Origin: Patescibacteria group bacterium
GTDB lineage: Bacteria > Patescibacteriota > Patescibacteriia > JAQUQO01
Direction: 5' to 3'
Assembly (NCBI GenBank): GCA_028716045.1
Contig: JAQUQO010000001.1
Span: forward strand, 528,897-592,896
DNA: 64,000 nucleotides
Made by a program: the position numbers and the translations under genes. Position 1 is the stretch's first letter; every line of letters begins with the position of its first letter. The notes beneath the pieces are model-generated. The model saw only the letters and a program-made list of their open reading frames with translations, searched no databases and was not told where the DNA came from. This document shows positions 10,146 to 18,590 of the stretch, one piece after another.

Positions 10146-10330
10146 TGAAGCTCCGTGCGGGTGAACATCTACCCCGGCGCCAATGGGTCGGACGGGCTCG
10201 CGCTTCGCCCGAAAAAGGGATGTGCCTATTCGGCACACGCGCTCGCCCCGAGGTTGGCGCGAGGTTAATATTTACAAGCCGCCATTCATCCCCTCACCTT
10301 GGGCGGAGGGAACTCTTGCGGGTAAATATT
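10146..10330. mobile_element. GC-rich multi-hairpin element, possibly a non-autonomous IS200/IS605-end derivative
   Basis: Nested stems GCGCCAA/TTGGCGC and GTGCC/GGCAC; AATATTTAC/GTAAATATT enclose GCCGCCATTCATCCCCTC..GAGGG..GCGG, reminiscent of IS605 end hairpins; no transposase. Confidence 0.4.
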
Positions 10331-10365
10331 AAAAAAACCAGCTCCCGAGTTCGGGGGCTGGTTTG
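10331..10365 (-). terminator. Intrinsic terminator
   Basis: AAAAAAACCAGCTCCCGAGTTCGGGGGCTGGTTT; 1 mismatch to 7610-7643. Confidence 0.75.
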
Positions 10366-10471
10366 GGGAGTTATTTTTCAACCTATTTTCCTACCAGTTC
10401 CTAAAAATAAAAAAACAAAAAAGCTTGAATTTTAGCAACTTGCTAAAAACTTTTGAGGTAAGTGTTTTGGG

Positions 10472-12787
10472 TTAGGGGCAGTCTGTCTCTAAAATTACTC
10501 CGCGACTGCGAAGCTCCGCTATGTTCACACCTTGAGCCGCACAATCAATGGGATTGTATCTTATGTCCACCTCATCGTCATTATCAATACCAGAATTGCT
10601 CACGAGCGGCGATATATCGCTTATTCGATTATAATCAAGCCAAAGCGTTGTCAGTGCAGTAAGGTTTGACAATGGTGAGATGTCGCTTACCCCGTTGCCC
10701 CAAAGGTCAAGTATTGTCAGTGCAGTAAGGTTTGACAATGGCGAAATATCGCCTACTTGGTTGACCCTAAGGTAAAGCGTTGTCAGCGCAGTGAGGGTTG
10801 ATAATGGTGAGATATCGCTTACCTCGTTGCCCCAAAGGTCAAGTATTGTCAGCGCAGTGAGGTTTGACAATGGCGAGATGTCGCTTATTTGGTTGTTCTT
10901 AAGGTCAAGATCTGTCAGCGCAGTGAGGTTTGACAATGGTGAGATGTCGCTTATTTGGTTGCCCCAAAGGTCAAGTATTGTCAGCGCAGTGAGGTTTGAC
11001 AATGGCGAAATATCGCCTACTTGGTTGACCCTAAGGTAAAGCATTGTCAGTGCAGTAAGGTTTGACAACGGCGAAATATTGCTTATCTGGTTGTCCCAAA
11101 GGTAAAGCATTGTCAGTGCAGTAAGGTTTGACAACGGCGAAATATCGCTTATTTGGTTGGACAGAAGATTAAGTGTTGTCAGCGCAGTGAGGTTTGACAA
11201 TGGCGAGATGTCGCTTATTTGGTTGTTCTTAAGGTCAAGATCTGTCAGCGCAGTAAGGTTTGACAACGGTGAGATGTCGCTTATTTGGTTGGACCAAAGG
11301 TTAAGCAATGTCAGTGCAGTAAGGCATTCTATTCCTCCAAGGTATTGGATATCTTTATCTCCAGCATCAAGAAATGTCCGGTCTTTAACGTCTAAATAAT
11401 AAATGCCGCCAGAAAGCTTGCCAATAGCGTCCCGCACCGCCCGCTCAAGGTTTGGATCAGTAAAACTTATGACACCTTTACATTGGTCTGGGATATCCTG
11501 TTCGCAGGTATACGATTGAATGTTGCAGAACTCGCCCGCGGGACAATCCGCATCATCCGTGCACTCCACACAAATATTTCCTATACAGTAAGCATCTCCT
11601 CCTACGCAGGTACCGCAACTTCCTCCGCAACCATCATCGCCACACTCTTTACCGGAACAATCCGGTTCCAAGGGAGCAACACTGCAATATAACCCCGCCG
11701 GATTTGCTTCGAGCAAGCAAATTACCTCCCCCGTGTTTTGGCACTCTCCTTCGCCCGCAACACACTCTTCACCAATACTGGGAATATCATTGTCTATTTT
11801 GCCATCGCAATCATTGTCTTTGCCGTCGCAGAGTTCCTCGCCCGGCGGCAAAGCAACAGCGTCGCAGACGATTGACTTTTTGTCTAGCGAACAGATGTAT
11901 TCACCCCAAACGCGGCAATCGCTTAAGCCGTCGCTGCATTGGTCGCCCTTGCCGACTTCTTGCGCAGTCGGAAGGAAACCATTGTCCGCCACCTCATCGC
12001 AGTCATTATCTTTTTCATCACACAGCTCCTCGGCCCCCGGATAAACGGTTTTATCCTTGTCATCGCAATCGCCGTTTTTGACAGTAACCCCATCTTCGTC
12101 TTCATCGCGGTCAGAGTATTTGGCGTTGTATTCGTCAATGAACTTTTTGCCGGCGGTAAACTTTCCTCCCCACGCTTTGCCCTTAGAATCAAAGTCAACG
12201 TCTTCGCCATATTTAGGTCCATAACCGAAGTAAACCCAACTATAATTATCATACTCATCTTTAGGAGCGGGTCCTTTGCGAATACCAAAATGAAGGTGAG
12301 GTTCATTGTCGCCATTTTCATCATCTAAAACGCCATTACAATAAGCCACCCTACCATGAGGTGGCTTACCTCCGCTATGCCCCACATAACCAATAATTTC
12401 TCCTTTTTTGACAACCCCGCTTAACCTTGGTTTATATCCTTCGCGATTTGTCATATGGCCATATACTGAAGTTATTTTACCCCCATCCAGCAATGTATGC
12501 TCTACCACCACGACCATGCCATAACAAGTATGAGCTCCAGAGACAATACCCGTGATAATTTTCCCATTGCCAATTGCTCTCACGGGAGTTAAGGGTGATC
12601 TTTTGTCATCTTCGCCCAAATGTCGAGGCCAGCAACATCCAAAAACACGACCAAAGAATGAACCAGGATCATAGTTCGATAAAGGATATCCCAAACTGTC
12701 TGTTATTTCCGGTTCTTCAGAATAAGTATTTTTGGTATAACCGTAAACAGCAAAAAAAACAATTCCAATCAATATCAACCTTTTCAT
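10472..12787 (-). CDS. Secreted M23 peptidase fused to a Cys-rich metal-binding motif and internalin-like LRRs
   Basis: Signal peptide; HLGED (HxxxD), YGH and HLHF (HxH) M23 motifs; DCDD..PGAEELCDEKDNDCD; FTDPNLERAVR cap; 11 x 22-aa LRRs (ISDISPLSNLTALT). Confidence 0.85.
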   Translation of the reverse strand: MKRLILIGIVFFAVYGYTKNTYSEEPEITDSLGYPLSNYDPGSFFGRVFGCCWPRHLGEDDKRSPLTPVRAIGNGKIITGIVSGAHTCYGMVVVVEHTLLDGGKITSVYGHMTNREGYKPRLSGVVKKGEIIGYVGHSGGKPPHGRVAYCNGVLDDENGDNEPHLHFGIRKGPAPKDEYDNYSWVYFGYGPKYGEDVDFDSKGKAWGGKFTAGKKFIDEYNAKYSDRDEDEDGVTVKNGDCDDKDKTVYPGAEELCDEKDNDCDEVADNGFLPTAQEVGKGDQCSDGLSDCRVWGEYICSLDKKSIVCDAVALPPGEELCDGKDNDCDGKIDNDIPSIGEECVAGEGECQNTGEVICLLEANPAGLYCSVAPLEPDCSGKECGDDGCGGSCGTCVGGDAYCIGNICVECTDDADCPAGEFCNIQSYTCEQDIPDQCKGVISFTDPNLERAVRDAIGKLSGGIYYLDVKDRTFLDAGDKDIQYLGGIECLTALTLLNLWSNQISDISPLSNLTALTDLDLKNNQISDISPLSNLTALTTLNLLSNQISDISPLSNLTALTMLYLWDNQISNISPLSNLTALTMLYLRVNQVGDISPLSNLTALTILDLWGNQISDISPLSNLTALTDLDLKNNQISDISPLSNLTALTILDLWGNEVSDISPLSTLTALTTLYLRVNQVGDISPLSNLTALTILDLWGNGVSDISPLSNLTALTTLWLDYNRISDISPLVSNSGIDNDDEVDIRYNPIDCAAQGVNIAELRSRGVILETDCP
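10600..11325 (-). repeat. 66-bp tandem coding repeats (LRR array)
   Basis: TGTCAG(C/T)GCAGT(A/G)AGGTTTGACAA recurs with 66-bp periodicity. Confidence 0.9.
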
Positions 12788-12801
12788 CTCTTTATCCTCC
12801 T

Positions 12802-13434
12802 TTAAGGTAACCGCACGGTTTGTAAAATTTTCTCAACTTCTGTTTTTATCTCGGTTGGCTCACGATCACCATTTAACATGTAATTAATAAAAATAATAAT
12901 ACTGGCTTCCTTATTATTAAACAACACACATTCGGCATAATTTATACCACCGCAAGCCACTATTAATGCACCATGTCCATCTATATAGATCCGCTCTTGA
13001 AGAGTTCCGTTATAATCTACATATTTAATGAGATCGTCCACATCATCACCTTCCACGTTTTCTCTTACATTAATTCCTATTGACACTTCTGCCATCCGAG
13101 TCAGATGTTCGAAATAATCCTGGCTAGCAAACTCCTCCTCCAGTCCTTCGCGCCATCGATACAGAATGCCGTCCTCCGATACCCTCCAATTCGGCGGATA
13201 TTTGAGGGTGATGCCGTCCTGCTCGTAGGTCTTCCATCCGACAAAATCTGACTCGCCGGAATCGCTGTCGATAGAAACATCTTCTTCGGCGGACGCGTCC
13301 TTATTTGCGCCAACGGCCGGAAGATTGTCCTCCTCTTTAACCGAAACGTTTGGGCTATCCTTGCCGCAACCCATTCCGATTAAAATTAATGATAAAAAAA
13401 TGCCCAAAGTTAAACAAAGTTTTTTTGCGCTCAT
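12802..13434 (-). CDS. Lipoprotein with a PsbP-like domain
   Basis: SD GGAGG; lipobox GMGC; WKTYEQDGITLKYPPNW motif; co-oriented with the M23-LRR gene. Confidence 0.7.
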   Translation of the reverse strand: MSAKKLCLTLGIFLSLILIGMGCGKDSPNVSVKEEDNLPAVGANKDASAEEDVSIDSDSGESDFVGWKTYEQDGITLKYPPNWRVSEDGILYRWREGLEEEFASQDYFEHLTRMAEVSIGINVRENVEGDDVDDLIKYVDYNGTLQERIYIDGHGALIVACGGINYAECVLFNNKEASIIIFINYMLNGDREPTEIKTEVEKILQTVRLP

Positions 13435-13585
13435 ATTGCACCTCCATTTTAGTTTTTATTGTTAATGAATTATCAACGTCCAAAAAGTATTTTTAGTATA
13501 ACAAAATAACAAAATAAAAACCAACCTTTACGGCATCCCGCCCTTTCATTATTCTCCCGAGTTCCAGAGTTAAGGGCAGGGTCTC

Positions 13586-13614
13586 TTGACAAAATCATCA
13601 AAATTTGCTATAAT
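13586..13614 (+). promoter_or_regulatory. Consensus sigma70 promoter
   Basis: TTGACA-17bp-TATAAT. Confidence 0.85.
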
Positions 13615-13658
13615 TTAAAATTAAGCTAATGAATTAACAACCAACAAAGGAGGAAAAA

Positions 13659-13943
13659 ATGGAGATAATTAACTGCCCTTATTGTAAAGTAGAGTTGGGC
13701 GTTGAAGTGGGTAACGAGATAAAAATTTATCACTGCCCCTGTTGCGATACCGTGTTCTTTATATCAAAATCTCTTCTTGAAAAATCCCCCATGGAACAAC
13801 TGCTCCCTAAATATCCTCTAGAGCTTACCATGCCCTTTTCAGAACTTCCTACTGTTGAAATCTCAAAAAAAATAAGCACACTTTTTGAAAAGGTAATGGC
13901 TAAAGAGAACAAAAAGGGGGGCTTTGAGCCAAAACTAAAATAG
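13659..13943 (+). CDS. Small zinc-ribbon protein
   Basis: CPYC...CPCC; SD AAGGAGG; own promoter and a downstream hairpin at 13960-13993. Confidence 0.7.
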   Translation: MEIINCPYCKVELGVEVGNEIKIYHCPCCDTVFFISKSLLEKSPMEQLLPKYPLELTMPFSELPTVEISKKISTLFEKVMAKENKKGGFEPKLK

Positions 13944-14082
13944 GTAAAATATCAAAAATAAAATCGTCCTTCGATAAACTCAGGGCGATTTTTAAATTCC
14001 AAATTTTATTCTCCTTCGTCCCGCCTGGCGGAACTTCGGAAAGATTCCGTTTCGAAACCCCGGGCTTAATCCCGGGTGAGCT

Positions 14083-14997
14083 TTATATTCTCACATATTT
14101 GCCGATAGCCAAGCCACTGCTTAAAACATTCAAAATCATCGCCGCTAAAAGCTGGGTGCCAAAAATAGCTAAAAAATTCTTTTGAAAATACGCCAAGACG
14201 CTGAAATCCAACCCTTCAAAAAATTTCGCCAAATAAGGGTCGAACAACCCTAATAACGGATAAACAATCGCCACTATCAAAACGCAAGAAATAATACTAA
14301 AAAAAATTCCTTCCACCAAAAACGGCATGCTGATAAACCAGTTGGTCGCTCCTACCAGACGTTTTATCTCTATCTCCCCCCGATGGGTATAAATGGCAAT
14401 TTTAATAGTGTTAAAAACAATAATCACGGCGATAAAAACAAAAATGGCAATTGCCGCGAACCCCGCGGTTTCCACCTTTTTCGTTATATTGTTTATGCGG
14501 CCGATAATCGTCTTGTGGTCGTCAAAATTTTTATCCTGAATAATTTTCTGATACTCCGGCTTATTCACTTCTTCAATAATCTTGGAATAACCGTCCAAAG
14601 TTTTTGCCTTAATCACCAAAGACGCTCCCAGGGGATTGCCCTCCAATTGGCCAAGGGATTCCAAAATATCCGGTTCATCGGCGTGTTCGGTTTTAAATCT
14701 TTCCAGTGCCTCTTCTGGAGAAACAAGTTTTATTTCCTTGACGTCCGCCAATTTATCTAGGGAAGATTTAACGTTATTCACCTCGCCAGCGGTGGCCGCC
14801 GTTGAAAAATAGATGCTGACGTCAATTTTATTATGCACGGCGTCAATTACATTTCCGGCTATCAATTTAAAAACTATTAAAAAATTGACGGAAAAAAGCG
14901 CCATAACCAAAATGGTAATGGTAATTACCGACAACCAGATGTTTCTCCAAAAATCCTGACCGGCAAATTTTATTATCCGTCCGATTGCGTAAAGCAT
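14083..14997 (-). CDS. ftsX: Cell division permease FtsX
   Basis: FWRNIWLS start, GNPLGASLVIK, EIEIKRLVGATNWFI..PF; adjacent to ftsE. Confidence 0.93.
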   Translation of the reverse strand: MLYAIGRIIKFAGQDFWRNIWLSVITITILVMALFSVNFLIVFKLIAGNVIDAVHNKIDVSIYFSTAATAGEVNNVKSSLDKLADVKEIKLVSPEEALERFKTEHADEPDILESLGQLEGNPLGASLVIKAKTLDGYSKIIEEVNKPEYQKIIQDKNFDDHKTIIGRINNITKKVETAGFAAIAIFVFIAVIIVFNTIKIAIYTHRGEIEIKRLVGATNWFISMPFLVEGIFFSIISCVLIVAIVYPLLGLFDPYLAKFFEGLDFSVLAYFQKNFLAIFGTQLLAAMILNVLSSGLAIGKYVRI

Positions 14998-15007
14998 ATT
15001 TGATATT

Positions 15008-15688
15008 TTAAATTACGTAGCGTCCCCTTTCCTGATCGCCGACAATCATGCCGCGGTCAAGAGTCACCACTCTTTTTTGTAAACTATTCACCACTTCGCG
15101 GTCGTGAGTGACCAGTAAAATCGTGGTGCCAAACTCGTTAATTTTTAAAAGTAAATTTATAATTTCTTTGGCATTGAAAGAATCCAAATTACCAGTGGGC
15201 TCATCGGCCAGAAGAATTTTAGGACGATGGACCAGGGCGCGAGCGATCGCCACTCTCTGCGCTTCGCCTCCCGAAAGCTGGCGCGGATATCGGGACGTTT
15301 TTTCCTCTAAACCCACAATTTTCAAAACTTGCGGAACAACGACGTCGATTCTTTGGCGAGGAGAACCGCAGACTTCCAGCGCGTAAGAAACATTCTCAAA
15401 AACAGTTTTGCGCGGCAGCAGTTTAAAATCCTGAAAAACCACGCCGATTTGTCTTCTTAAAAACGGCACCTCATTGTGTTTTATATTGGTAATATCCCAC
15501 CCGCCGACGACAATTTTCCCCTTAGTTGGTTTTTCCTCCGCTATTAAAAGTTTAATCAGAGTTGATTTACCCGTCCCGCTCTGACCGACCACGGACACGA
15601 ATTCTTTCGGCTGGATATGTAAATTGATGTCTTTGACCGCCGTAGTATTGGGCGGGTACACCTTAGAAACATTTTTGAAAATTATCAT
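15008..15688 (-). CDS. ftsE: Cell division ATP-binding protein FtsE
   Basis: [38 protein letters not shown]. Confidence 0.95.
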   Translation of the reverse strand: MIIFKNVSKVYPPNTTAVKDINLHIQPKEFVSVVGQSGTGKSTLIKLLIAEEKPTKGKIVVGGWDITNIKHNEVPFLRRQIGVVFQDFKLLPRKTVFENVSYALEVCGSPRQRIDVVVPQVLKIVGLEEKTSRYPRQLSGGEAQRVAIARALVHRPKILLADEPTGNLDSFNAKEIINLLLKINEFGTTILLVTHDREVVNSLQKRVVTLDRGMIVGDQERGRYVI

Positions 15689-15699
15689 AAAAAATAATT

Positions 15700-16506
15700 T
15701 TATTTGCCGGACGGGCGCTTGATTAATTCCACTCCGACTTTCTTAATTATTCCCGCCCGCAAATTGGCCAATTTTTTAAAGGCGACCTTGTCTAAGTCAA
15801 TAATTCTGGCGGGAAAAATTGAACGGTCCGGTCCGTAATCATTAACTTTCACTGTCACCGATTTGTTATTTTCTAAATTCGTCACTTTAAGCAACGTTCC
15901 TTTGGGATAATCGGGGGAGGCGGCGCAATCGCAATTTTTATATTTATACCAACTGGCTTCCCCTTCTTCCAGTATATGGGAATTCGCGAAAACTGCCAAG
16001 CGGGCATAGGGGAGATGGATGCGCGCGCGCACTTTTTTCTCGCCGCTTAAGCTTTGCGATGGCAATTCCCGCCATTCTCCTTTTGAACCGTCCCAAAAAT
16101 ATATCTTTTTCAAATTATTAATTTCTTCTTTATACCCTAATTCTAAAACCAACGGCCGCTTATCACGAAAACTTTCTTTATTAAGAATATTAAATTCGTA
16201 AATGTCTGAAATCGGCTCTATGTTTTCCGGAAAATTGACCGCCCAGTCGGGCAAAATCATATCCGCGCCGAGAGATTTTAAATAAGTAGAGAGATTTTTA
16301 AATTCAATGGCGCTCTCTTTTTCCATCGCCCCCGGCATAATCCCCAAAGTCAGAAATCCGTCTAAAGTTTTTATCGTGTAACCGCGGCTAAGCGTCGGCC
16401 CGTCAATTTTAAGAGAATAAAAAAAGTCCGTTTCCTCCGCTTGCGCCGAAGAAAGAGCTAAAAAATAAAACGAAAAAAGAAAAAATAGTATTTTATGATA
16501 ACGCAT
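15700..16506 (-). CDS. Secreted protein with a C-terminal RlpA-like double-psi beta-barrel domain
   Basis: GEASWY, GTLLKVTNLENNKSVTVKVNDYGP, RIIDLDKVAF. Confidence 0.8.
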   Translation of the reverse strand: MRYHKILFFLFSFYFLALSSAQAEETDFFYSLKIDGPTLSRGYTIKTLDGFLTLGIMPGAMEKESAIEFKNLSTYLKSLGADMILPDWAVNFPENIEPISDIYEFNILNKESFRDKRPLVLELGYKEEINNLKKIYFWDGSKGEWRELPSQSLSGEKKVRARIHLPYARLAVFANSHILEEGEASWYKYKNCDCAASPDYPKGTLLKVTNLENNKSVTVKVNDYGPDRSIFPARIIDLDKVAFKKLANLRAGIIKKVGVELIKRPSGK

Positions 16507-16514
16507 CGCCCATC

Positions 16515-16543
16515 TTGAAATTAATAAGTAAATGTTTTAAAAT
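16515..16543 (+). promoter_or_regulatory. Probable tRNA promoter
   Basis: TTGAAA-17bp-TAAAAT, about 28 nt upstream of the outer tRNA-Gly 5' end. Confidence 0.55.
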
Positions 16544-16571
16544 GAAAATACGTCAATATTCACTTGCTAAC

Positions 16572-16798
16572 GCGGGTGTCGCCTGCCTGCCGGCAGGCAG
16601 GTATAATGGTTATTATATTAGTTAGCTTCGCCCCGCCTGTCATAGCCCGAGCGAGCGGAATTAGTACAGTGGTAGTATGTCGGCTTCCCAAGCCGAAGAT
16701 GCGGGTTCGATTCCCGTATTCCGCTCAGTCTGGCGATGACAGACTAAAGATAAGGACTGGATTCTCGAAGTCCCGAGTATTTGGAGCGCTCATCCGCT
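16572..16798 (+). pseudogene. Interrupted outer tRNA-Gly (probably TCC-derived) enclosing an intact tRNA
   Basis: Acceptor GCGGGTG (16572) pairs with CATCCGC+T (16791-16798); Gly-type D arm GTATAATGGTTATTAT; anticodon stem TTAGT (16618)/ACTAA (16743); variable AGAT; three insertions; degenerate T arm. Confidence 0.7.
16655..16725 (+). tRNA. tRNA-Gly(CCC)
   Basis: Acceptor GCGGAAT/ATTCCGC, anticodon arm TCGGC-TTCCCAA-GCCGA, T arm GCGGG-TTCGATT-CCCGT, U73; CCA not encoded. Confidence 0.95.
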
Positions 16799-16847
16799 CA
16801 ATTTTAAAGGTATAATCATTATACCAAAAAAATTAAATCTTTAAAAT

Positions 16848-16923
16848 GCCGAGATAGCTCAATTGGTAGAGCAACGGTATCGTAAACCGTAGGTTGGAGG
16901 TTCGATTCCTCTTCTCGGCTCCA
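16848..16923 (+). tRNA. tRNA-Thr(CGT)
   Basis: Acceptor GCCGAGA/TCTCGGC, anticodon arm ACGGT-ATCGTAA-ACCGT, GGTTCGATTCC, encoded CCA, 76 nt. Confidence 0.96.
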
Positions 16924-16928
16924 AAATT

Positions 16929-17054
16929 AATTGTTAGAGCAATCCCGAGTACTCGGGATAAACCGTAAGTTGCCCCGCATCATGCGGGGTTCTCGGCTCC
17001 AAATCAAATCAAAAATACATCCTTAAGTTACCCCGCCAAGCGAGGTTCTCGGCC
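16929..17054 (+). pseudogene. Two degenerate partial copies of tRNA-Thr with palindromes replacing hairpin segments
   Basis: AATTGTTAGAGCAA..TAAACCGTAAGTTG..TTCTCGGCTCCA (16929-17001) and TAAGTTA..TTCTCGGC (17021-17054) match the tRNA-Thr scaffold. Confidence 0.75.
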
Positions 17055-17060
17055 TTAGAT

Positions 17061-17099
17061 AAACAAAAACCCCTGATATTGCGTCAGGGGTTTTTGTTT
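17061..17099. terminator. Bidirectional intrinsic terminator
   Basis: AAACAAAAACCCCTGA-loop-TCAGGGGTTTTTGTTT between the convergent tRNA and prsA units. Confidence 0.85.
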
Positions 17100-17106
17100 G
17101 GAGAAA

Positions 17107-18096
17107 CTATTTTTCCAAATCAATTAATTTTTTGATTTTTGATTCTTCCATCACCTTTTGGATGTAGCTATCCAAATCAATTCCGCGGATGAGGATATGG
17201 GTAGCATGCACCTGCTCCACTTCCCCCGTTTCTTCATTGGTCTTTTTCTCTAAAACTTTAATAATATGATAACCGTAGCGCGTTTTAATAAGCTCGCTGA
17301 CTTGCCCTTCGGCCAAGCCAAAAGCGGCATCCTCAAATTCCTTGACCATTTGTCCGCGGGAAAAAAATCCCAAATCCCCGCCCGATTCGGCAGTAATGTC
17401 TTCGCTGTATTCCTTGGCTAATTCTTCAAAACTCTTGGCGCCGGATTTAACTTTATTTAAAACTTCCTCCGCCTTTTGCAAATACTCTTTATTTAACTCC
17501 GCGTCATTATTCAAGGCCTCGCTTAATTTTTCTTGATAAATAAACGGTCTGATGACTTTATTCTTAAATTGTTCTCTGCCCCACCCATAAAGCTCGCTTA
17601 GCTCTTTGTCAACATCTTCGCCGTTAGATTGGCTCAAAAAAATTTCAAATTCTTTCTCAACATCATCTTTAGCAACACTCACTTTAAAGGCTTTTGACTT
17701 TTGCTTAATCAGTTCATTTCTGATCAGGCGGTCTAAAACATTTATTTTAATATCCTTTTCTTCCGGCGCGACAAAATCCGGCGCTTGTTCTTTTTGTTTG
17801 GCATAAACATGCTTTAGAGTTTCCACGTCTTCCACAAATTCACCCATAGACACCGAGCGGTAATTAACATAAGCAATGGGGAAATTAAACGTTTTGACAA
17901 TCAATCCCCCTAATTTATTGTCATACCACCCATAATTATAAACGCCAAAACTAAAAACAATAAGAATAACTATCAAAACCCCTAAAACACCGAGAATAAT
18001 TCCTCCCCAAAACGGGGCCTTTCTGCCGCCATCCCCCCGAGAAATTTTTTCTAAAATCTTTTTGTCTTGGTTTTTTTCTAAAACATTTTCTTCCAT
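17107..18096 (-). CDS. PrsA/SurA-like peptidyl-prolyl isomerase foldase
   Basis: TM anchor, SurA N-domain, parvulin motif FEELAKEYSED..GGDLGFF..GQMVKEFEDAAF..YGYHIIKV. Confidence 0.9.
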   Translation of the reverse strand: MEENVLEKNQDKKILEKISRGDGGRKAPFWGGIILGVLGVLIVILIVFSFGVYNYGWYDNKLGGLIVKTFNFPIAYVNYRSVSMGEFVEDVETLKHVYAKQKEQAPDFVAPEEKDIKINVLDRLIRNELIKQKSKAFKVSVAKDDVEKEFEIFLSQSNGEDVDKELSELYGWGREQFKNKVIRPFIYQEKLSEALNNDAELNKEYLQKAEEVLNKVKSGAKSFEELAKEYSEDITAESGGDLGFFSRGQMVKEFEDAAFGLAEGQVSELIKTRYGYHIIKVLEKKTNEETGEVEQVHATHILIRGIDLDSYIQKVMEESKIKKLIDLEK

Positions 18097-18107
18097 ATTA
18101 TTGATTA

Positions 18108-18554
18108 TTATTTTTTAAAAAAATATCTCCACCATTTTATCGGGTTGCTCCCCTCTGATTTTTCTTCCTCTGGAAGTCCGAAAGAAGTACTTGGTATAAC
18201 AATTAAATCTTTTTTGGCATCACTCTCACCGTTTATAATCTTTTCTTCGTTCGGCGGAATAATAATGGCCTTTTCCCCTTCCTGACCAAGGCCCATGGTA
18301 ATTCTCGCCTCACCTTCTACAAACTGTTCGCTGTTAAGATAATCTATCAGCTGATTAAACTCATTATTGGTCTTTTCTAAACGACTTATTTCTTCCTGCA
18401 ATCCCTTTATGTCCTGGTCCACCTTGTAATCATGTAAAAATTTTTTTATTAAAACGCTGCCCAATAAAAACAAAATAATCGCCCCGCCAATTAAAAAAAA
18501 TTTGGACAAAATTATTCTTTTTATAAAAAACTGTTTTTCTCTCCTTAAAATCAT
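18108..18554 (-). CDS. Septum formation initiator (FtsB/DivIC family)
   Basis: TM helix, coiled coil, EGEARITMGLGQEGE, SNPIKWWRYFF. Confidence 0.8.
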   Translation of the reverse strand: MILRREKQFFIKRIILSKFFLIGGAIILFLLGSVLIKKFLHDYKVDQDIKGLQEEISRLEKTNNEFNQLIDYLNSEQFVEGEARITMGLGQEGEKAIIIPPNEEKIINGESDAKKDLIVIPSTSFGLPEEEKSEGSNPIKWWRYFFKK

Positions 18555-18590
18555 AATTAAAGTATACTAAATCTCCGACAAATTTTCAAA

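Noticed and set aside
10145-10435. 96-aa ORF
   Set aside because: Runs through palindromic elements and a terminator; no protein-like signal.
10600-11325. Regular repeats resembling a CRISPR array
   Set aside because: 66-bp in-frame coding LRR units; the 'spacers' recur and there are no cas genes.
16623-16742. Group I or archaeal BHB intron in the outer tRNA
   Set aside because: The insert is mostly a full tRNA plus a clamp stem. It is too short for a group I core, and I see no clear bulge-helix-bulge.
16564-16815. 83-aa ORF
   Set aside because: Overlaps tRNA-Gly and palindromes; spurious.
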